Shown here: positions 25,165 through 29,500 of the stretch, in pieces | How positions within the stretch are numbered: the stretch's first letter is position 1 | Layout: each line of letters opens with the position of its first letter | Notes under the pieces: generated by a model | What the model saw: the letters and a program-made list of their open reading frames with translations, nothing else | Database searches by the model: none | Told to the model about the DNA's origin: nothing | Virus record (IMG/VR): IMGVR_UViG_3300005805_008629 | Location: 1-29,500 of that record | Reading direction: 5' to 3' (one strand) | Source of the DNA: a virus | Taxonomy: Duplodnaviria > Caudoviricetes | DNA length: 29,500 nucleotides | Program-made: the position numbers and the translations under genes

Positions 25165-27120
25165 CTATAAGCCTGATAATTCTTTGATTCTTAATAGTTC
25201 TTGTAATTCAGGATTTTGTTCTGTGCTTTGTTGTGGTGCCAATCGTTCTACCATTTTGCGTGCTACCATTTCAGCATCTTCACCAAATTTCTTGCCTACC
25301 ATAACTGCTATGCCTTCTGGTCCTTTAGGAAATGTGCCTGATTCTTTGTCGTAGAATGATACAATAAACTCAGCTAATTCTTTAATAGGAACTTTTTTAG
25401 CCATTGCTGCTGTTTTTCTTTGAGCAACATCGCTAGAGTGTGTTACTTTACCACGAGGATCTTTCTTGTCTGATTTCTTCCAGTCACCCTCGTGCGACCA
25501 AGATTTAACATTGCCTTCTGCATCTTTTTCTACTGTGTCTTTTGCTTCATCGGTTTCGTCACGATTTTTAGCCATCTTCTCTGGATGGCTTAGATTTTTT
25601 GTTCTTTCTTTTTCAAGGTCATCATGTGATACTTTCCAATTTGGATCACCAGATGCTTTGCGTTTGTATGCAGGAATTTCACTCTTGTCATCAAATGCTT
25701 CTGCTGGTTCTTCAACATAATCACCAAAATCTAGAGTTTCTAAAGTTTCTGGAGAATGTTGTTCTATCCAATCTTTTACTAATCCGCGAACACATGAATC
25801 TGGGTCTTGTTTAGCTTGTGCCTTGATGGCTTGTTCTAGTTGAGGATCTTCTATGATACCCTTAAGACTTTCTATCGCATTGGAGCCATCTACTCCTGCT
25901 GGAAAATGTTGGCCTACTAATTCTTGTAATTTCTTTACTGCGGCCTGTTGTTCTTCTGGATCTGAGCTTTCAATAGCACTTACTTCGCCTAAGTTCATAG
26001 CCCATTCTTCAAATGCTGAGAATGGATCACTAGAAGTATCTAACTCTACATCTTCATTTGCCAATTCTTCGGAAGTATCTGTTGTCATAGCAACGATATC
26101 ATCATAGTTGATGCTGTTAGATTCTTTCATCAATCTATAGAGAACTGGGAACACGCTTGCGATGTCTTCTTTAAAGTTTTTAACTGTGAATTTTTCTTTA
26201 AAATCTTCTACTACGTCTTGTGGAACTTCGCCTGAGTCAGCAGCCTGAAATGATTCTCTGTAATTTTCGTAATGACTTTGTTTTGATAGTGCTTTAATTG
26301 TTTCGCGTAGCTTATCTAATTGTTGTGTAGATCGTTCAACGATATTATTTGTGTCGGAATTCATAAGATCATTACGAACTACATAAGCTGAAAAACTCTT
26401 AAGTTGAGCAATTTCTTCGCTCATTCTAATAATTGATTCACCGATCTGATCGTATGGTTTGCCACTATTAGCAACGTGACGTTGCATAGCACGAGCACCG
26501 GCCAAATGTATGAAAGGATATTTAAATCTTTCACCGTCTGCGTTTTCAATAAACAAACCTGAAATATTTCTAGATCTAGCACCAGGAGCAGCATCATCCA
26601 TAACTGCTTGACTATGTTTGATAATTAATCTTGTGTTTTCTAATTTTTGATAGCTTACGGTCTTTGTACCGTACATTGCGCTTTCACTCATAATACTTTC
26701 TCCGACTGGTTGCTGTACTGCATTTGGTGTTGTTGGTTGTGGGGATGAATACTGACTTAAAAAAGCATAATCACGCTTGTCTAAATTATCTTTAGCAATG
26801 TCGCGTGTATCAAAATTCAATAATCTACGTTTAGCAAACATACGTAATTCTTTTAGGAATCCATACCAATTATTCTTTTGTTTAACATCCATTGATTCTG
26901 TAATACCGTGACTAAAGTAAACTTTCATACTATTAGCTTCTGCTAAACTAATGCTAACATGCCCGATAGCTTGTTCGCCTTCCATATAATCAAAATCAAA
27001 GAAGCGAGCTTCTTCAGGATTGATGGTAATTTCGCCTGTTTCTGCACCTAATTTAAGGCCAGCAAAACGGCTGCGAATTTTATAGAATAAATCTGTTGCT
27101 ATATTGTTTCTTGCGTCCAT
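25165..27120 (-). CDS. Large acidic phage protein, possibly virion/internal head protein
   Basis: About 651 aa from ATG 27120 (the track starts at 27135). Globular-looking N-terminal domains and an acidic low-complexity middle; late box upstream and terminator downstream. Function is an inference. Confidence 0.75.
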   Translation of the reverse strand: MDARNNIATDLFYKIRSRFAGLKLGAETGEITINPEEARFFDFDYMEGEQAIGHVSISLAEANSMKVYFSHGITESMDVKQKNNWYGFLKELRMFAKRRLLNFDTRDIAKDNLDKRDYAFLSQYSSPQPTTPNAVQQPVGESIMSESAMYGTKTVSYQKLENTRLIIKHSQAVMDDAAPGARSRNISGLFIENADGERFKYPFIHLAGARAMQRHVANSGKPYDQIGESIIRMSEEIAQLKSFSAYVVRNDLMNSDTNNIVERSTQQLDKLRETIKALSKQSHYENYRESFQAADSGEVPQDVVEDFKEKFTVKNFKEDIASVFPVLYRLMKESNSINYDDIVAMTTDTSEELANEDVELDTSSDPFSAFEEWAMNLGEVSAIESSDPEEQQAAVKKLQELVGQHFPAGVDGSNAIESLKGIIEDPQLEQAIKAQAKQDPDSCVRGLVKDWIEQHSPETLETLDFGDYVEEPAEAFDDKSEIPAYKRKASGDPNWKVSHDDLEKERTKNLSHPEKMAKNRDETDEAKDTVEKDAEGNVKSWSHEGDWKKSDKKDPRGKVTHSSDVAQRKTAAMAKKVPIKELAEFIVSFYDKESGTFPKGPEGIAVMVGKKFGEDAEMVARKMVERLAPQQSTEQNPELQELLRIKELSGL

Positions 27121-27125
27121 AAGTA

Positions 27126-27133
27126 TATTTATC
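27126..27133 (-). promoter_or_regulatory. Late promoter-like box GATAAATA overlapping the terminase stop
   Basis: TGATAAATA-TACTT-ATG(27120). Confidence 0.65.
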
Positions 27134-28718
27134 AAAACCCTGTGCTGATGAAGATAGGCATAGGTAGCTGCTCTTCGGTTAATTTTTCTGTCATTTTTTC
27201 ATAGATTTTAGGATCCCAGTCTGAAAGTACATCGGCCATCCTTATGATTAACAGTGTTGCACTTACTAAGTCGTCATGTTCACCGGTTTTAGCACCAAAT
27301 CCTACCCCATGAGCTACAAATGTTTTAAGTTCTGACATTAATGGTTTAGAATAAATTTTCATTTTTTGTGTTTCTAAAAGATTCTTTAATTGGCTACAAG
27401 TAGTAACTTTGGATCTGTGTGTTGTGTTAAATCCTTTACGGAATTTGCGAACATGCCCCCTACGTATAGGTTCACTAAGGAATAATCCATTGAAATTCTC
27501 TTCTCCAATATCACTGATAACTATCAATGCTGCTTCACCTAATGTGTTGTTTTCAACACTATAATATATCTGAGGAATTCCGCCTTTTTCAACGCCTCGA
27601 TCGTTGATGTATTTGCAAATTTCTCGTAGTACCTTAACTTGACTTTGTATAGGAGTTAGATTGTGATGCCATTCTGCTACCTGTTCCATACTAGGCATTT
27701 CAAATACCTGTATAGCACCGTAGTCGCCACCTGTACCTAGGCTAGGATCTAGTGATACTAGATATGTACATCTAGGATCGATGTCTTTATACCATCGTGT
27801 TTGCCCCATGGTCATTGTTGGGTCTTTTCCCTCCATTTCTGCTAGGCGAACCGCGTTAATTAGAGTCTCATCAAAAATTAAGAATTCACAATCAAATTCA
27901 CGACGGAAACGTTCCTCGCCAATTTTACTGCGTTCTATTTGAGCCCATGTTTCATCACGATCTGGATGTTCATTCCAGTGAGCAAAGTATGGAAAGAATC
28001 CATTTACACCTTCTTCTTGTTCGTTACCAAATTCATCGAACCGTTTATTGGCCTCGGTCCAAATCATAGCAAACTGATCTTCGTCCGAGTTTGGTGTTGA
28101 TGTAATAATACATTTACCACCTGTTGACAGTGTAGGTGATAGAGCAGTCCAAAATTCTTTGGCTTTCTCTGGAGGCTGTACAAATGCGAACTCGTCGCAG
28201 TAAATTAATGAAAGAGATTTACCACGACCAGTATTTTCTGTTGTTGTGGTTGCTTGTATACGACTTCCGTTATCGTATTCGATACTGTTTCTATTATATG
28301 TGTAAACACCAGCACGAATAAAGTCTGGCAAGTTCTCGTACCCAAAACGATAACGATTCATGATATCTTGCGCACCTTCATATTTGTGAGCAGCGATTAG
28401 TACCTGTGCTTCTGGCACAAACATAGTGTACCATAACAGGTAACCGCAGGCACATGTAGTTTTCCCCATCTGACGAGGTAACATGGCTACTGTTTGTTTA
28501 TGATCGTGATACGCTAACAATAATCTTTCTTGATATTCGTAAGGTTCAAATTTGATTGCACCACGAACAGGGTGTTGTATCTTTAAGAAATTTTTGCAGA
28601 AATATAATGGTCCTGTAACCGGATCCATACAGGCTTCTAAATGCTTGATCTCCTCAAGTGTATACTTCTGAGGTTGATGAGCTTTTTTAATTAAATTGCC
28701 GTCGAGACTTTTTGCCAT
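27132..28718 (-). CDS. terL: Terminase large subunit (T4 gp17-like)
   Basis: Adenine-binding YQ, Walker A LPRQMGKTT, Walker B LIYCDEFAF, coupling motif TSTPN, FRREF.CEF, and RNase H-like nuclease residues LDPSLGTGGDY and HDDLV. Confidence 0.95.
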   Translation of the reverse strand: MAKSLDGNLIKKAHQPQKYTLEEIKHLEACMDPVTGPLYFCKNFLKIQHPVRGAIKFEPYEYQERLLLAYHDHKQTVAMLPRQMGKTTCACGYLLWYTMFVPEAQVLIAAHKYEGAQDIMNRYRFGYENLPDFIRAGVYTYNRNSIEYDNGSRIQATTTTENTGRGKSLSLIYCDEFAFVQPPEKAKEFWTALSPTLSTGGKCIITSTPNSDEDQFAMIWTEANKRFDEFGNEQEEGVNGFFPYFAHWNEHPDRDETWAQIERSKIGEERFRREFDCEFLIFDETLINAVRLAEMEGKDPTMTMGQTRWYKDIDPRCTYLVSLDPSLGTGGDYGAIQVFEMPSMEQVAEWHHNLTPIQSQVKVLREICKYINDRGVEKGGIPQIYYSVENNTLGEAALIVISDIGEENFNGLFLSEPIRRGHVRKFRKGFNTTHRSKVTTCSQLKNLLETQKMKIYSKPLMSELKTFVAHGVGFGAKTGEHDDLVSATLLIIRMADVLSDWDPKIYEKMTEKLTEEQLPMPIFISTGF

Positions 28719-28722
28719 ACTG

Positions 28723-28730
28723 TATTTACT
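28723..28730 (-). promoter_or_regulatory. Late promoter-like box AGTAAATA before terminase
   Basis: AGTAAATA-CAGT-ATG(28718), directly after a terminator. Confidence 0.65.
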
Positions 28731-28731
28731 G

Positions 28732-28758
28732 AAAAAAATAGGCTCCGAAGAGCCTATT
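28732..28758 (-). terminator. Rho-independent terminator
   Basis: AATAGGCTC-TTCG-GAGCCTATT-TTTTT; C(UUCG)G tetraloop typical of T4-like phages. Confidence 0.92.
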
Positions 28759-28775
28759 GAATTTGTTTTATATTA

Positions 28776-29198
28776 CTATGCAAATGTTAAACCTGTTAAG
28801 GTAATGTTTGTTACAGTAACATCATTTTCTGCTGTGCCTACCGCAGCACGAATTTCGTCTTCGATATTTTCATAAGATCCGTCTGCGCTGCTAGATGCGC
28901 CAAACCCAGTACCGGTATCAGTTTTATTTAGATGTACTAATGCTACAAAACCTGTTGCGGTGTTGCCCGGAACACCTACATAATAAACTTCGGCTAGGTC
29001 CTGCAAAGCTGATACTGCTTTATATAGATTGCTATTTTCAGCAGCAGGGGTTGTTGAAAAATTAACAGTTGCAGAGATGATCTTCAATGCTTGTAATTTT
29101 GGTGTACCAAAACTTGTGTAAGGACCAACACCGCTTGCACCGTCACCTAGAATTTTTCTAGTGTTAATTGATGCCGATGTACCGTATAAATCTGCCAT
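28776..29198 (-). CDS. Small Gly/Ala/Thr/Ser-rich phage protein, candidate virion structural/decoration protein
   Basis: 140 aa with no Cys or Trp and a structural-protein-like composition; double stop TAG TAA then a strong terminator. Confidence 0.65.
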   Translation of the reverse strand: MADLYGTSASINTRKILGDGASGVGPYTSFGTPKLQALKIISATVNFSTTPAAENSNLYKAVSALQDLAEVYYVGVPGNTATGFVALVHLNKTDTGTGFGASSSADGSYENIEDEIRAAVGTAENDVTVTNITLTGLTFA

Positions 29199-29500
29199 TA
29201 TTTTGCTCCTTTAGCTTCAGCTAATCTTTGTAATAGTTCTGCACGGATAGCAGCACGTAGATCACCTTCTGGCATTGCCATTGGATTATCACCTTGTTTG
29301 TAGCTATGTTTAACCATTTGTTTTGGTTTATTCATGCCACCTGCTAATTTATTAACCATATAGTCTGTATCTTTAACTTCTGGTTCTGAATCATTCAATG
29401 AATTACCAAATGCTTCTTCTTTTTCTTTTTCTTCTTCTGAATCATCTTTGTTGTCTTCTGGACCTTGTTCTGCATCATAGTCAGGCAACATTTTTAATGG
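29198..29500 (-). CDS. Partial CDS (5' end outside window), acidic phage hypothetical protein
   Basis: The frame is open to the window edge (PLKMLPDY...). An acidic stretch is followed by 'GGMNKPKQM...GDNPMAM'; TAATG overlap with the next gene. Confidence 0.7.
   Translation of the reverse strand, partial: PLKMLPDYDAEQGPEDNKDDSEEEKEKEEAFGNSLNDSEPEVKDTDYMVNKLAGGMNKPKQMVKHSYKQGDNPMAMPEGDLRAAIRAELLQRLAEAKGAK

Larger units (their letters stand above)
10030..29500 (-). mobile_element. Fragment of a T4-like (large myovirus-type) bacteriophage genome
   Basis: Homologues of gp17, gp32, UvsX, UvsY and UvsW; TAAATA boxes; C(UUCG)G and C(UACG)G terminators; tight ATGA overlaps; AT-richer than the left part. 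No integrase is seen. Confidence 0.93.

Noticed and set aside
1316-28321. Many short ORFs (60-110 aa) antisense or out of frame within the long genes, e.g. 1316-1552, 4992-5321, 12630-12947, 23988-24292, 25466-26107
   Set aside because: They are nested in or largely overlap well-supported genes, with no motifs or RBS; this is the expected shadow-ORF pattern.
12940-28718. Inteins or introns in uvsW, uvsX or terminase
   Set aside because: The ORFs are continuous and of ordinary length, with no splicing motifs or homing endonuclease seen.
10030-29500. Integrated prophage in the bacterial chromosome
   Set aside because: There is no integrase, att repeat or tRNA target, the breakpoint falls inside both a host gene and a phage gene, and the gene content is that of a lytic T4-like phage.
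10030-29500. Stop-codon reassignment in the phage
   Set aside because: TAA, TAG and TGA all terminate genes at sensible positions, and coding density is high under the standard code.
1-29500. tRNA, rRNA or known riboswitch genes
   Set aside because: Intergenic gaps are short and I saw no cloverleaf or recognisable conserved RNA motif; a covariance-model search was not possible.

Overview
The window holds two unrelated pieces of DNA joined at about 10,020-10,035. Bases 1 to ~10,030 look like a bacterial chromosome; a low-GC freshwater Actinomycetota is my inference and is not proven. This part carries the 5' end of a secreted protein gene with a subtilisin-propeptide-like start, a 1123-aa FN3/Ig-repeat surface protein, a small membrane protein, dhaK/dhaL, and a divergent sugar ABC transporter operon whose second permease is cut off. 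Bases ~10,030-29,500 are visibly more AT-rich, almost all minus-strand, and belong to a T4-like phage. They carry large terminase, a 656-aa acidic protein, gp32 SSB, UvsX, UvsY and UvsW, plus TAAATA late-promoter boxes, UNCG-tetraloop terminators and a perfect sigma70 promoter. The most interesting element is a ~12-kb phage glycan-biosynthesis island around uvsW. It contains a cytidylyltransferase-cupin fusion, GT-A-type transferases, five paralogous capsule-synthesis-like GT-B proteins, two SAM methyltransferases, a cupin and a minimal nucleotide-sugar dehydrogenase, mostly behind late-type promoter boxes. This makes it a candidate virion or host-surface glycosylation system. The junction truncates one gene from each side and shows no integrase or att site, so it is most likely a chimera or misassembly. 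All family assignments come from motif recognition by eye; no searches were run.
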